DNA of 64,000 nucleotides from Octopus sinensis. Its lineage: Eukaryota. The notes beneath the pieces are model-generated. The model saw nothing but the letters and a program-made list of their open reading frames with translations. It ran no database searches and was not told where the DNA came from. Made by a program: the position numbers and the translations under genes. The stretch lies in contig NC_043010.1 of assembly GCF_006345805.1 (NCBI RefSeq), forward strand, positions 30,318,001-30,382,000, read 5' to 3'. Of the stretch, positions 1-13,141 are shown piece after piece; the first letter of the stretch is position 1, and each line of letters opens with the position of its first letter.

Positions 1-1100
1 ATATAATGTAGAAAACCCTGAAATAAGAGAGGATATGACTGAGGAACAGAGGGAAAAAAAAGAAAAGACTCGAGGATATAAGAATTACAAGAACAGAGAT
101 CAAGCCGGTGAATCTAAGAAGCTTCAAACGTAACAATTTGAAACGCTCGACCCCCAAAATTGTTGGGATTCTGAAACATATTCTGACAAAAGATCTAACA
201 GAAACAAGGGATTTGATCAGATCCACTTCAATTTTAGTAGGTGAACTAGTTAGAAAGAAAGAGAGGCAAGTAGACGGACAGAAGGAGGCATGGTGGAAGC
301 GGAGAATTGAAGACGATATTCTAACTTTTCGTAAAGATCTGACTCGCAGAGAAGAGTGGTCCAAAGGACAATGGAAAAATGGAAAAGAAAGTGCAAGCTT
401 ATATCTTGACGCGAACTACCAAATAGAAAAGAAAGGATTCAAAACTGTCACCAACAACCTAAAACAACGTGTGCGGGCTAAAACATTAAAGATGCAGCGC
501 AACACTGATCGCATATTGCAGTTCCAGCAAAGCCGGTTATTCTCAAATAACCAGAGGCAGTTTTGTAAGGGCTTAGGAATAAATATACAGTGTTGGGTGA
601 ATTCATTCCGTGTTATCCGAACTTCATCAGCCGGAGGCTCCACTACAGGACCATGTGCGCATAAGAACGGAAGATGTCACTGCACAGATATCAAAACTGC
701 CAAACTGAAAAGCGGCAGGACCAGACGGAATTCAAGGCTACTGGCTCAAGTGGTTTAGGTCAATACACATGAGAATTGCGTTACAATTAGACAATTGCCT
801 ACAGAGCGGTACAGTTACAGAGTTGATGGTAGAGGGATGAACAACATTGTTAATGAAAGATCGATCAAAGGGCAATGAGGTTGGCAATTACCCACTCATT
901 GCTTGTCTTAACCGCCTATGGAAAGTATTAACAGGTACCCTCGCAGGAAAATTAGAACAAAAGGGATACCGAAAAGGATCCAAGGACTCCAAGGACCACC
1001 TTGCGATAGACGATACGGCGGAATTTGAACACAAAACGTGAAGACGGAGCAAATGACAGTAATTCTGAAGGATAGGGCAGGTCGCTTACATCAACTTCAG
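1..1100 (+). mobile_element. Degenerate R4/Dong-like non-LTR retrotransposon (N-terminal region plus start of RT)
   Basis: ORF 108-758 has WWKRRIEDDI and FQQSRLFSNNQRQF. ORF 847-1041 has KDRSKGNEVGNYPLIACLNRLWKVLTG and QKGYRKGSKDSKDHLAID, matching RT motifs NYRPIxCL and QKGCR..TKDQLLID. Frameshifted. Confidence 0.7.
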
Positions 1101-1767
1101 TATTTGGATGATAATTTATTATATCTACATAACCGTCTAACAACTTAAAATAAACCAAACGGCTAGCTTAACGAAAACTCTATTTCTTCGATAACTTGTG
1201 ATTTGTCAAATTCCTTTCCTAATTGCCCACAAACGTTAATGAACGATATATTTTAGGTCTTTCCAAAACAAAAAAAAAACACTGTTGCTTGATCCAGACC
1301 GATTAAAAGAGGCTTAAATCTCGTAGTCGTTCAGAATAGGGAGTAGCGAATACGTCTCTATAATCCTGGTCTCGCTAATGGCTACGCATCCAGACGTAGT
1401 GACCTGAGATCGTTAAGCACCTGTCTCTGCTTTCATGCTAAGTCAAGGCACCGTACTTTATGTATACTGCCTATTCTCAGTATTGCCATTCCAAGAGAAA
1501 GTGAAGAGACTAAAGTAAAAATGGAATTGATCACTTACGCTATTTTCATGTTAATCTTTATTCGGGACAGACATCAACTTTGCCTTTCATCCAAGCGGGA
1601 TCGATAAAATTAAATACAAGTTTGGTACTAGGGTCGATGTTATCGACTAACCCTCAGCCCCTCAAAACGCCTGGTCTTGTTCCTAAATCAGAAACTATTA
1701 TTAAGGCGGTCAGCTGGAAGAGTCACTAGAGCGTGAGAAAAACGCCTTGTGGTATTTATGTTCTGAG

Positions 1768-2013
1768 GTGAGCTGGCAGAAAAGGCGGCGAGCTGGCAGA
1801 AACGTTAGCACGCCGGGCGAAATGCTTAGCGGTATTTCGTCTGCGTTACGTTGTGAGTTCAAATTCCGCCGAGGTCGACTTTGCCTTTCATCCTTTCGGG
1901 GTCGATAAATTAAGTACCAGTTACGCACTGGGGGCGATGTAATCGACTTAATACCTATGTCTGTCCTTGTTTGTCCCCTCTGTGTTTAGCCCCTTGTGGG
2001 TAATAAAGAAATA
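1768..2013 (+). mobile_element. tRNA-derived SINE (family B) nested in an older copy of the same family (1702-1767 and 2014-2075)
   Basis: Head aaggcggcgagctggcagaaacgttagc and B-box-like gagttcaaattcc. The 17-bp direct repeat ggtatttatgttctgag lies at 1751-1767 and 2014-2030. Confidence 0.8.
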
Positions 2014-3030
2014 GGTATTTATGTTCTGAGTTCAAATCCAGCCAGTTTTAACTTCACGTTTTATCCTTTGCCACGAAATCTAGAAAGATTAACTTTTTAA
2101 AACGTAGTATAAAACTAATTGCCATGAAATGAAGGCAGATTAATGTCTGTGGAATTTTGAGTAAAATCAATTGAGTAAAGGGTAGAAAGTTTCTCGCCGT
2201 GAAGTGTAGAAAACTTAATGTTTGTAAAATGTTAAATCAATTCCTCTGAGGCGTAGATAGTTTAATGTTTAAGCGTCTTACCCTTTGTTAGAAAGCAGAA
2301 AGAAGACAGAAGAGTTGTTTACCTGGCCGAAAGTAATGGCTCTTTTATTGTAACCTTTTTATCAGAGTACATCAGTAGTATTACAGGTAACGGGCCCAAA
2401 AGCCCATTTTTAGGAAGGATTATCACTGAAAACTTCGTCTCAATATCTTGTTACTGGGATGGGTCAGTCTGGCTTAATATACACCTCTCCCTCAGAGGTG
2501 TTGAACTCAACATTTCAATCAAACGAATTCCCATAAATTATACAGTAGTGCTGCGGCATACATCAACTGTTCATACCCCACCATGGTACTTGTTTACAAG
2601 TAGTTGAACTGGGCCGTTTTAGGAGAGCAAAGTTTGCAAAGTTTCTTGAACACATACGCAAGAAAAATTGGTTGGACGGAGTTATATGAAAGTAAGGAAC
2701 TTTACTACATACGCAAATCAATGTCGGTTATGTAGCACACAAATGTTTTAATCATCTTCATTATTACACTATATTGCTATCAGCTGATGTTCAGAACAAA
2801 ATGTGATTTGCTTGAAATAATATTTTTAATACTTGTTTTGTACTTTTACTCATTTTTATCAGGTAATTTTGAAGAAAGAAACAGTGGAATACAGTTTTCA
2901 TTCTACCAGCTGTAATGTAAGAACCATCACGTTATTTGATTGGCATTGTGGTAAGAGTTTTGCTCAGTATAAATCTAAACATATTTAAAAGCAAGTCAAC
3001 TTTACAAGTTCTGGGCTTGCCTTTTTCCTG

Positions 3031-4174
3031 ATGTATGTATGTATGTATGTATGTATGTATGTATGTATGTATGTATGTATGTATGTATGTATGTATGTAT
3101 GTACCTACGTATGTATGTATGTATGTATGTATGTATGTATGTATGTATGTATGTACTTACGTACGTATGTATGCATGCATGCATATGCTTGTGTGTATAT
3201 ATGTACGTATACAAATATCCATACACATATGTAGAAAGAGTAAAGACCCCCTTCGGTATGCGCAAATGTACATTCACACATCAACGCGCGCGCACGCACA
3301 CACACACACACACACGAACGTACACATATGTGGGCGCACACACATATACACACACACGTGCACACACGTACACACACACAATTAGACACACACATGCAAG
3401 TGCACACTTTTATCTCCATTTATATATGCACATGAGCACATGCACACGCGCGCACACATAAATGTGCACTTGTACATACATGAACACTCACGGGTGCACA
3501 TGTACATGGATACGCATGCGAGTACATGTACAGCAGTAAGTTAATTTAATTTAATTTTTTGGCTCAAAAAGCAAAAGCAATGCCATGTAGGGGGACATGG
3601 AGTTATGTACAGGGAGTGAAGAACAGCTCATTCGAGAGGTTACACTTTCCGCTTATGATGTTGTGAGCGAGAATGAGATCACCACGGCGTCGTCATTTTT
3701 CTAGAGAATAAAGGTCGAGCGTCTTCAGCCTTTCTTCATAAGACAAATGCTTGAGACCAAGAACCATGCGGGTAGCCAGCTTCTGGACTCTTCCGAGATG
3801 ATGTATATCTTTGAGGAGGATGCGTACGGTGATCCTGATGCAGACGGTGCTGGAGGTGGCTGGTACTAAGGAGGTATATCCGGGTTGTCGGCAGCTAGTG
3901 AATTTTAGTAGAAGACAAAACAATGTACACGACAACACTTCCAATCAATTAAGATTAGAAGCCATGAGAGCCACTACCTGAAATTTATCAGAAGGGAGTA
4001 CCTCTGGTATATTGAAAATTAAATATATCATCTTAATCTACATTTTCTGGGCATTATTTGAGCATATTTAAATTCGATATATCATTTTGTATCGAGATGT
4101 TATTTGAATAAATATGACTTCATTGCGTCTGATCACCTTGCGTATACATATATATTTGCATATATATATATATT

Positions 4175-4260
<86 letters not shown>

Positions 4261-5609
4261 ATATGTATGTATATATGTATGTATGTATGTTGTATGTATG
4301 TATGTACCTACGTATGTATGTATGTATGTATGTATGTATGTATGTATGTATGTATGTACTTACGTACGTATGTATGCATGCATGCATATGCTTGTGTGTA
4401 TATATGTACGTATACAAATATCCATACACATATGTAGAAAGAGTAAAGACCCCCTTCGGTATGCGCAAATGTACATTCACACATCAACGCGCGCGCACGC
4501 ACACACACACACACACACGAACGTACACATATGTGGGCGCACACACATATACACACACACGTGCACACACGTACACACACACAATTAGACACACACATGC
4601 AAGTGCACACTTTTATCTCCATTTATATATGCACATGAGCACATGCACACGCGCGCACACATAAATGTGCACTTGTACATACATGAACACTCACGGGTGC
4701 ACATGTACATGGATACGCATGCGAGTACATGTACAGCAGTAAGTTAATTTAATTTAATTTTTTGGCTCAAAAAGCAAAAGCAATGCCATGTAGGGGGACA
4801 TGGAGTTATGTACAGGGAGGGTGTTCATGCAAAGAGTTCAGGCCATTTCTGGTCAAGAGAGACTTTGAACCGAGCGGTCGTCGGCATCTTCACTATCTCG
4901 TCCGGCAGCTTGTTCCACGGGTCCGCAACCCGGACGGAGAAAGCCCCTCTCCTTCGATAGAGATGAAATCGTTGCAGATAGAGCTTTTGGGAGTGACCCC
5001 CGCAGCCGACACTCTGCAGCAGGAGTGAAGAACAGCTCTTTCGAGAGGTTACACTTTCCGCTTATGATGTTGTGAGCGAGAATGAGATCACCACGGCGTC
5101 GTCATTTTTCTAGAGAATAAAGGTCGAGCGTCTTCAGCCTTTCTTCATAAGACAAATGCTTGAGACCAAGAACCATGCGGGTAGCCAGCTTCTGGACTCT
5201 TCCGAGATGATGTATATCTTTGAGGAGGATGCGTACGGTGATCCTGATGCAGACGGTGCTGGAGGTGGCTGGTACTAAGGAGGTATATCCGGGTTGTCGG
5301 CAGCTAGTGAATTTTAGTAGAAGACAAAACAATGTACACGACAACACTTCCAATCAATTAAGATTAGAAGCCATGAGAGCCACTACCTGAAATTTATCAG
5401 AAGGGAGTACCTCTGGTATATTGAAAATTAAATATATCATCTTAATCTACATTTTCTGGGCATTATTTGAGCATATTTAAATTCGATATATCATTTTGTA
5501 TCGAGATGTTATTTGAATAAATATGACTTCATTGCGTCTGATCACCTTGCGTATACATATATATTTGCATATATATATATATTTGCATATATATATATAT
5601 AATATATAT

Positions 5610-5683
<74 letters not shown>

Positions 5684-5692
5684 ATATGTATG

Positions 5693-5756
<64 letters not shown>

Positions 5757-6846
5757 TGTATGTATGTATGTACCTACGTATGTATGTATGTATGTATGTA
5801 TGTATGTATGTATGTATGTATGTACTTACGTACGTATGTATGCATGCATGCATATGCTTGTGTGTATATATGTACGTATACAAATATCCATACACATATG
5901 TAGAAAGAGTAAAGACCCCCTTCGGTATGCGCAAATGTACATTCACACATCAACGCGCGCGCACGCACACACACACACACACACGAACGTACACATATGT
6001 GGGCGCACACACATATACACACACACGTGCACACACGTACACACACACAATTAGACACACACATGCAAGTGCACACTTTTATCTCCATTTATATATGCAC
6101 ATGAGCACATGCACACGCGCGCACACATAAATGTGCACTTGTACATACATGAACACTCACGGGTGCACATGTACATGGATACGCATGCGAGTACATGTAC
6201 AGCAGTAAGTTAATTTAATTTAATTTTTTGGCTCAAAAAGCAAAAGCAATGCCATGTAGGGGGACATGGAGTTATGTACAGGGAGTGAAGAACAGCTCAT
6301 TCGAGAGGTTACACTTTCCGCTTATGATGTTGTGAGCGAGAATGAGATCACCACGGCGTCGTCATTTTTCTAGAGAATAAAGGTCGAGCGTCTTCAGCCT
6401 TTCTTCATAAGACAAATGCTTGAGACCAAGAACCATGCGGGTAGCCAGCTTCTGGACTCTTCCGAGATGATGTATATCTTTGAGGAGGATGCGTACGGTG
6501 ATCCTGATGCAGACGGTGCTGGAGGTGGCTGGTACTAAGGAGGTATATCCGGGTTGTCGGCAGCTAGTGAATTTTAGTAGAAGACAAAACAATGTACACG
6601 ACAACACTTCCAATCAATTAAGATTAGAAGCCATGAGAGCCACTACCTGAAATTTATCAGAAGGGAGTACCTCTGGTATATTGAAAATTAAATATATCAT
6701 CTTAATCTACATTTTCTGGGCATTATTTGAGCATATTTAAATTCGATATATCATTTTGTATCGAGATGTTATTTGAATAAATATGACTTCATTGCGTCTG
6801 ATCACCTTGCGTATACATATATATTTGCATATATATATATATTTGC

Positions 6847-6936
<90 letters not shown>

Positions 6937-6945
6937 ATATGTATG

Positions 6946-6979
<34 letters not shown>

Positions 6980-7000
6980 TGTATGTATGTATGTATGTAT
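3031..7000. repeat. Tandem array of three near-identical ~1.2-1.5 kb units: (TATG)n + CA-rich block + CR1 3' fragment + AT-rich unique segment + (TA)n
   Basis: Landmark gtacctacgt at 3101, 4304 and 5770; gatcaccttg at 4131, 5540 and 6800. An identical 83-aa ORF occurs at 3693-3944, 5102-5353 and 6362-6613. Confidence 0.95.
4741..5314 (-). mobile_element. CR1-type LINE 3' end; complete in array unit 2, 206-bp deleted versions at 3538-3905 and 6207-6574
   Basis: Minus-strand translation [47 protein letters not shown]...FSVRVADPWNKLPDEIVKMPTTARFKVSLD, then a short 3' UTR and a (TTAAA)n tail. Confidence 0.85.
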
Positions 7001-8570
7001 TAGGCCTCGAAACCGGTTTTATAAAACCGGTTAAAACCGGAAATATTGGAGATGTGTGCATCAGAGAGAGCAGGAGGGGAGTTAGTATTTTTAAGTAGTA
7101 GGTTGGAAGGTTGACTTTGTTTTGGTTTAATGTTTGTGAGGTATGGAAACTTATTATGGGATCATATAGATTTGGTGAACTGCGTGAAAGATTAGTAGTA
7201 CCTGTGTTTACAAGAATAAATAACATCAGAAAATTTATCAAGTAATGAGGAGTTATGAAGGCGAAGAATGGTTAACGATTCTTTTAGAAATAACTTACAC
7301 TTACAGATGTTTGCATTGTATGGGGGAGCTTCGCTTACTATTGACTAGGATAATGTGTACGGAATATTTTGGGATTTGAAGTTGTGTATGTAATTTGCTG
7401 AGGTTGACAATTTAGTACTTGGTTTGGTGAGAGGATTCATGTGTGCATGGTAGCAGCCGATATATACCCTTGCTTCATGGGAGCGTGGTGTTATAACTTG
7501 TAGATTACATTTTTACGTAGACAGGAGCCTCCAAGAGAGTATAATTAAGATACGCGACAAATACAAGTTTTCGTACCTGCTCCGTGGTTATAATTTACTG
7601 CTAGTGAGGTTGAGCTCGGTTAGGTTCACTGTTAGTGGAGGAGAACCAGGAGTGTGATCTGTATTTGTACTTGGTTGGGATGTGGTATTGCAGCTAGTAT
7701 TTGTTTCGCGTAGGTAGGATTGTAGAATGATGCCTTGAGTCTAGCATTATTTAACTGGGGGCGGTTATTAAGGGTTGTGTTATTGCTACTATGAGGGCTA
7801 ACTTGGAGTGTAGTGTAAGAGATTAGGTATTCAGCAGACTGGTGTTGGAAATTGCGTTTGTTCGAGGAGGCGATTATGGATCCTAAATTAAATGTGGTGG
7901 AGTAGATTTTCAGTGATGATTTGTTAAAAATAGGATAGTATTTATGCTGTGGTGGAAAATTAGATTTTAGGATTTTAAAGAAGATTTTACGTAGAGATTT
8001 AACTAGGAGAGAGAAAGGTGGGCCATAGAATGTTTAGAGTGCGTGGATGTAGTGGGTTGATCAGGAGTAGAGTGGCTTGTAGTTGTTTTAAGCTCGGGGT
8101 GGTCGAGTGCAATATATAGGGAGTGTTTTTGGGACTTATTCGATTGGTGTAGAGTGGGAGTGGTGTTCGTAGATTCAGGGTTAATATTGGGAAAGAGATG
8201 CGCTATTTTAGTTTTAAGCTTAGTGTTGGGGATATGATAGATTTTTTTTCGCGGAAGCCGCTTATTTGGAAGGAATGATTATAATAATTATTATAAAATT
8301 TCTTCGTTAGCAGATAAGTTAGAAATTCTAATTAGTTGGAAATAAGTCAGAGATTCTGACTACGCTTTTAAGGGTGAGTTTAGGGTGATTAGAGAGGACA
8401 TTTATATATTGTAAAGACTGGTTGGATTTATAGAAACAGTGGTATAAGTTTGTGTTATGTCGAGGGTAACGTCTAAGGAACTGGCTACCTTCATGTCAAC
8501 TGCAAATGAAATACTCAGATTATAGTTTTTAAAAAAATTGTGTAGGGCTTTCTTGGTACGTTAATTCTTC
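7001..8570 (-). mobile_element. Degenerate Penelope-like element (RT thumb, linker, C-terminal GIY-YIG endonuclease), 5'-truncated
   Basis: Minus-strand fragments SLDVTLD, NVLSNHPKLTLK, RISNLSANEEI, NFPPQHKYYPIFNKSSLKIYS and CLRKNVIYKL...VYIG. Homologous to the FPVGDRYRKIFNRNTVKLSYSC segment at 31.2-31.3 kb. Confidence 0.7.
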
Positions 8571-8819
8571 CTTGAAGACGGAAGCTGGTGGTATCCGATA
8601 ATGGAATCAAGTTACAAGCATTGGTTTGGACCACCAAGCCCTCAGAAACAGCCGTTGGACTCGTAAAACTCCTATTCAACCCCTTTAATTCTTGATATCA
8701 TTTCAATTCGGTGTAAGTCGGACTATTTTATATGTAAACATATGTACAATTTTTGTATTAAATGTATTTAATATTTTTTGTATATCGACTTGCCTAACTT
8801 GCTTGTCCTTACATTTACT

Positions 8820-8855
<36 letters not shown>

Positions 8856-8857
<2 letters not shown>

Positions 8858-9035
8858 GGGCGTTGTGTGTGTTTATTGAGCGAAAACACCTAAATAGCTC
8901 CACGAGGCTCCGGCAGGGGGTGGTGATTCCTGCTGTACTCTTTCACCACTCTTTCTTCTGTTGGCCTGCTCGCTTAGCCAGCGGGATGGCGTCATTCGAA
9001 GGCTAAAACAATGCGAACAACATCGGTCACGTGAT

Positions 9036-9043
<8 letters not shown>
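8856..9043 (+). mobile_element. 5'-truncated SINE (third family); its 3' part recurs inverted at 26651-26770 and 26856-26974
   Basis: gcctgctcgcttagccagcgggatggcgtcattcgaaggctaaaacaatgcg is the near reverse complement of the 26.7-27.0 kb segments. Ends in tcacgtgatcacgtg next to (TA)n. Confidence 0.65.
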
Positions 9044-9066
<23 letters not shown>

Positions 9067-9537
9067 CATACATATGCATAATAATGCATACGTATGTACA
9101 TGTATATATTATACATAGTCACATGCACACATACACACACTCACACACATATATATAATAAACATTATACATGTATAAACAACTATTCGAGGTTGTAAAA
9201 TAACGAACGCTCCAAAGGACAATGAATTACCTATCAGCTGTTTCCTAGGCAAACATAACTACATCATTTGCGCTACATTCAGTTCACGTTTTTGCTTTGC
9301 CAAACTCGGACAAAAATATATGCTTGTTGTACTGGATATTTACCACTTCGCATTTCTCACATATCTGAAATTTAGAAGCAACTATCAATGTAGAGTTAGG
9401 TTTCTTTTTCGCCATTAATGAATATTTACAATTGGGTGCCCAAATAACATGAATTAAGCATTAAGAAATACACTTGACAGTTTGATTATTAAGAAAATTT
9501 TTGCTGGAAAATCATTTGATTAATTTATTATTTTCAG

Positions 9538-9633
9538 ATACACAAATAAATGTAACAGATCTTTTTGAATTATGTTTAATGAATGACACTTGCGACAAAA
9601 ACCAGTTTTCCGAATTAATTAATATTGAATCAG
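9538..9633 (+). CDS. Candidate exon of the mucin-like membrane glycoprotein gene (DTQINVTDLFELCLMNDTCDKNQFSELINIES)
   Basis: ttttcag acceptor, CAG|gtaaga donor, 96 nt, phase 1-1, two N-glycosylation sequons. Confidence 0.55.
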
Positions 9634-9816
9634 GTAAGATTTTTAAGAGCGGTAATCTCTCTTTTAATACTTTACTTGATAGAATGTCGTGTGAACCCCA
9701 CAGAAGGCACTCAGCTTCACCTGTATTACAAGAGCAACTCAATTTTAAAAAGCTACTGTTCTCAAAGACAATGTCAACGGTCTAATTTGTAATGACAGTA
9801 ACAATTCTTAAAAGAA

Positions 9817-10208
9817 CTAGCAGTATCGCCCGGCGTTGCTCGGGTTTGTTTCGACCCTTTAGAATTGGAATTTTTGAAAAGTAAAAATTTTGCATTATGT
9901 AGCTTGTTATTCTCTTTAAGTGAATATTTTTCTGGTTGAAATACACCGAAAAATGGCGACACAGCACTCAAAATATCGTAAAAAATAGGGATTTTCATAG
10001 AAAAAAAGCACCTTTTTGATGTAAATAATTTTAGGTGTTAACATGGTCCGATTTGAATTTATTCTTTTACGGAATGAAGAGCAAGCCTTCTTCTATCATA
10101 CTCTCAATTTTGGTCACCTTGCGACGCAGAGTCTCGGAGGAGATAGTGTTAATTGAAGGCTACCAAACCTACCATACACAGACAACTTCAGCTTTATATA
10201 GAGAGAGA
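9817..10208 (-). mobile_element. Non-autonomous Helitron
   Basis: On the minus strand it starts TC after an A, and ends with a GC-rich hairpin (cccgagcaacgccggg) about 7 nt before CTAG, followed by T. This gives the canonical A|T target with no TSD. Confidence 0.75.
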
Positions 10209-11092
10209 TAACGTGACCCTCTTCATGTTTTTCACAAATGTATCAACAAAATATAAGGAAATGGATTTTATTTGTGATCAAAATCAAAGAGCTAACACAT
10301 GTCATATGAAGTTTATCTCTTATTCTGCACCTCGATACTCGTAGAACAGGGCATAAAAGATCTATAATGGTATCTTTTTGTACAGCTGTGAGTTGCAGCG
10401 TGGTAACTGATAAGATTTCCATTCTCTATAGAGAGTGGTGTGTTAGATTCAGATAACAATGTCATTAAGATTAGCAAAAATAGTTTCTGTCGCATTATGT
10501 GATGCTCACGTAGCTACTGAATATGTAAATGAATGCGTAGTTATTGTGCTTCTACAGTAGTTAGCAAGTACGAGCATTACACAACACAACTGATTATTCT
10601 TAGGAGTAACTTCCTTGGCCTATTATGAAAAGCTGAGAGAATAAAAAAAGTAAAAGAAAAATTAATATAGGGTGAAAGTTGGGATTGACAAGAACCGTAT
10701 TCAGGAGAAACGCTACAAACATAAAGAATTAGTGCTGCATATAGCTATACTTTTATATTTGTCTGTGGGTAAGAAAATAGAAAAATTGATGATAGCATTT
10801 GAGATGCTCAGTACCATTTTAACGACATATTCCATATATTACATGATATAAATATGTCAAAAAGTGGAGTACTTTTTGGTGGCAAGTGAAGAATTTAGAG
10901 CCATTTTAAGGTTTATTTCATATCTCCGATAATACTTATCTAAAAAAGTTTCTTTTTGTTTTATATCATTATTTCTTCATTTGTTATTCCTTCGTTTTAT
11001 ATCATTATTTCATTTGTTATTTCTTCAATTGCTTTTATTGTAACTACCCAAAGCATTCTAATTGTGTAATCTTCATGCATTTTTGTTTTCAG

Positions 11093-11275
11093 TTTGGCTG
11101 CTTGAAATAACAGGCTTAGAAATTGCAAATGTGGATTTGCGGAACAACAGAGATTATAGCAGCAGAGTTAACTTAAATGTGAATACGACAGAAACAAAAT
11201 CACAGACTATGCTTTGTCTAAGTCATCAACTGTTTTCTGATATTAGAACTATTCTTATTGACAACTGTGACGTTG
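11093..11275 (+). CDS. Candidate exon of the mucin-like glycoprotein gene (WLLEITGLEIANVDL...TMLCLSHQLFSDIRTILIDNCDV)
   Basis: ttttgttttcag acceptor, G|gtaaca donor, 183 nt, phase 1-1, open frame, NTT sequon. Confidence 0.55.
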
Positions 11276-11311
11276 GTAACATTAGTGTATGTATATATGT
11301 ATATATATATA

Positions 11312-11352
<41 letters not shown>

Positions 11353-11935
11353 ATGTGTGTATAGATATATGTATGTATGGGTGAATGTATATTTATTTGC
11401 ATGTATGATTGTTTGCTTGCTTACTTGTTATTTTTCTTTTTTATCTGAATTCATTCTCTAAGAATAAAATGATTTCCAACAAGAAAAGATAGTCGCATCG
11501 CAGGAGTCCGAATGACTATTTGATTACATTTTGAATTTTAGAAAACTCTTGAATATTTTTGCAGAGTACTTGTTTAGCCGGTAACTTCCTAAATCTGAAA
11601 ACCTCAGCTTTTCGAGATTGTCACTTAACTCAGAGAAATGCATCAATAATTATTGGTATAAATATAAATTCATAATCCAGGTAGGGCAGCTGTAAGTTTG
11701 AAACATTTCTTTGTAAATATTCTTCCTAACTCATTTTGAAAGAAATTATCAAATCTGTACATTAGCTTTCGTATCTGCTTCAAACACCTACATCAGGCTT
11801 GTTATGTTATCAACTGGCGAATGATTTCAAGGAATGATCGGGAAAGTCAATCTCAGTGAGGTTTGAACTCAGAGAATAGAGAGCCAGAACAAATACCACA
11901 AGACGTTCTACCAGATGCCCGACTATCTCTTCCAG

Positions 11936-12048
11936 TTCGTTGTTTCAGTTCATGTGTTGACACGCATTCGCCAACAGAAGTACTTTCAGTATTTATCCCA
12001 GATAGCATTATATATTGTTTTAGCTACAACATTATGCTGTGTTTGAAG
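11936..12048 (+). CDS. Possible exon ([37 protein letters not shown])
   Basis: tctcttccag acceptor (within a decayed antisense SINE end), AAG|gtaatg donor, phase 1-0. Optional in the gene model. Confidence 0.3.
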
Positions 12049-12095
12049 GTAATGATTCTTTAGGGTTGTTGCAGACTGCAAATATATATAAACAG

Positions 12096-12135
<40 letters not shown>

Positions 12136-12157
12136 CTGTGTGTGTGTGTGCGTATAT

Positions 12158-12294
<137 letters not shown>

Positions 12295-12334
12295 TATGTA
12301 TACAGACACACACACACAGAAATGTGAAATAATC

Positions 12335-12715
12335 TGTTCTACTCCAAACACAAAGCCCGAAATTTGGGGGGAGGGGCCAGTCGATTAGATCGACCCCAGT
12401 AGGCAACTGGTACTTAATTTATCGACCCCGAAAAGATGCAAGGCAAAGTAGACCTCAGAACGTAAAGACAGACGAAATACCTATTTCTTTACTACCCACA
12501 AGGGGCTAAACACCGAAGGGACAAACGAGGACAGACAAACGGATTAAGTCGATTATATCGACCCTACTGCGTAACTGGTACTTATTTAATCGACCCCGAA
12601 AGGATGAAAGGCAAAGTCGACCTCGGCGGAATTTGAACTCAGAACGTAGCGACAGACAAAATACTGCTGAGCATTTCACTCAGCGTGCTAACGTTTCTGC
12701 CAGTTCGCCGCCTTC
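12335..12715 (-). mobile_element. Composite (dimer-like) family-B SINE
   Basis: A full monomer is followed by a second partial monomer starting at ggtatttcgtctg. A perfect 16-bp TSD gaaatgtgaaataatc lies at 12319-12334 and 12716-12731. Confidence 0.85.
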
Positions 12716-12797
12716 GAAATGTGAAATAATCGACACGTTGGAGCTTAAAGTGCTTTATTATGTCTTTTATTCATGAGACACAAATATACACAAATAA

Positions 12798-12867
<70 letters not shown>

Positions 12868-12978
12868 GATAGATATATATAGTTAATCCAAACAAGAAAG
12901 CACAAAAAACACAACAACGCGAGGACGTGGAACAAATATAGTATTATTGGACGCTCGGGAAAGAAGGAAAGAAGGAGG

Positions 12979-13012
12979 GTTTAACGTTCGAGCGGAGCTC
13001 TTCGTCGGAAAC
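12979..13012 (-). ncRNA. Minimal type-I hammerhead-like motif in a Penelope-type terminal repeat (12884-13086); one core A deleted
   Basis: Minus strand GTTT-CCGACGA-A-GAGC-TCC-GCTC-GAAC-GTT-AAAC; stems I and II pair. Confidence 0.55.
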
Positions 13013-13079
13013 ATAGGAGAAGGAAAGATCCAGAGAAGGGAAGACAGAGGAAACAAATCGCCAACGGTACACACGAGGT

Positions 13080-13138
<59 letters not shown>

Positions 13139-13141
<3 letters not shown>

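Noticed and set aside
2366-2916. Possible micro-exons 2366-2386 and 2863-2916 as 5' exons of the mucin-like gene (also 10558-10605)
   Set aside because: Splice sites are plausible, but frames are ambiguous and there is no recognisable peptide or signal sequence.
3693-3944. Identical 83-aa ORF repeated three times, resembling a tandem gene family
   Set aside because: Chimera of a fragment of the 20153-20702 element and a decayed CR1 RT C-terminus; identity reflects the DNA duplication.
10313-10495. Minus-strand ORF starting MRQKLFLLILMTLLS (signal-peptide-like) with a nearby 20-bp near-palindrome
   Set aside because: Short, antisense within an intron, with no downstream exon support; expected by chance in AT-rich DNA.
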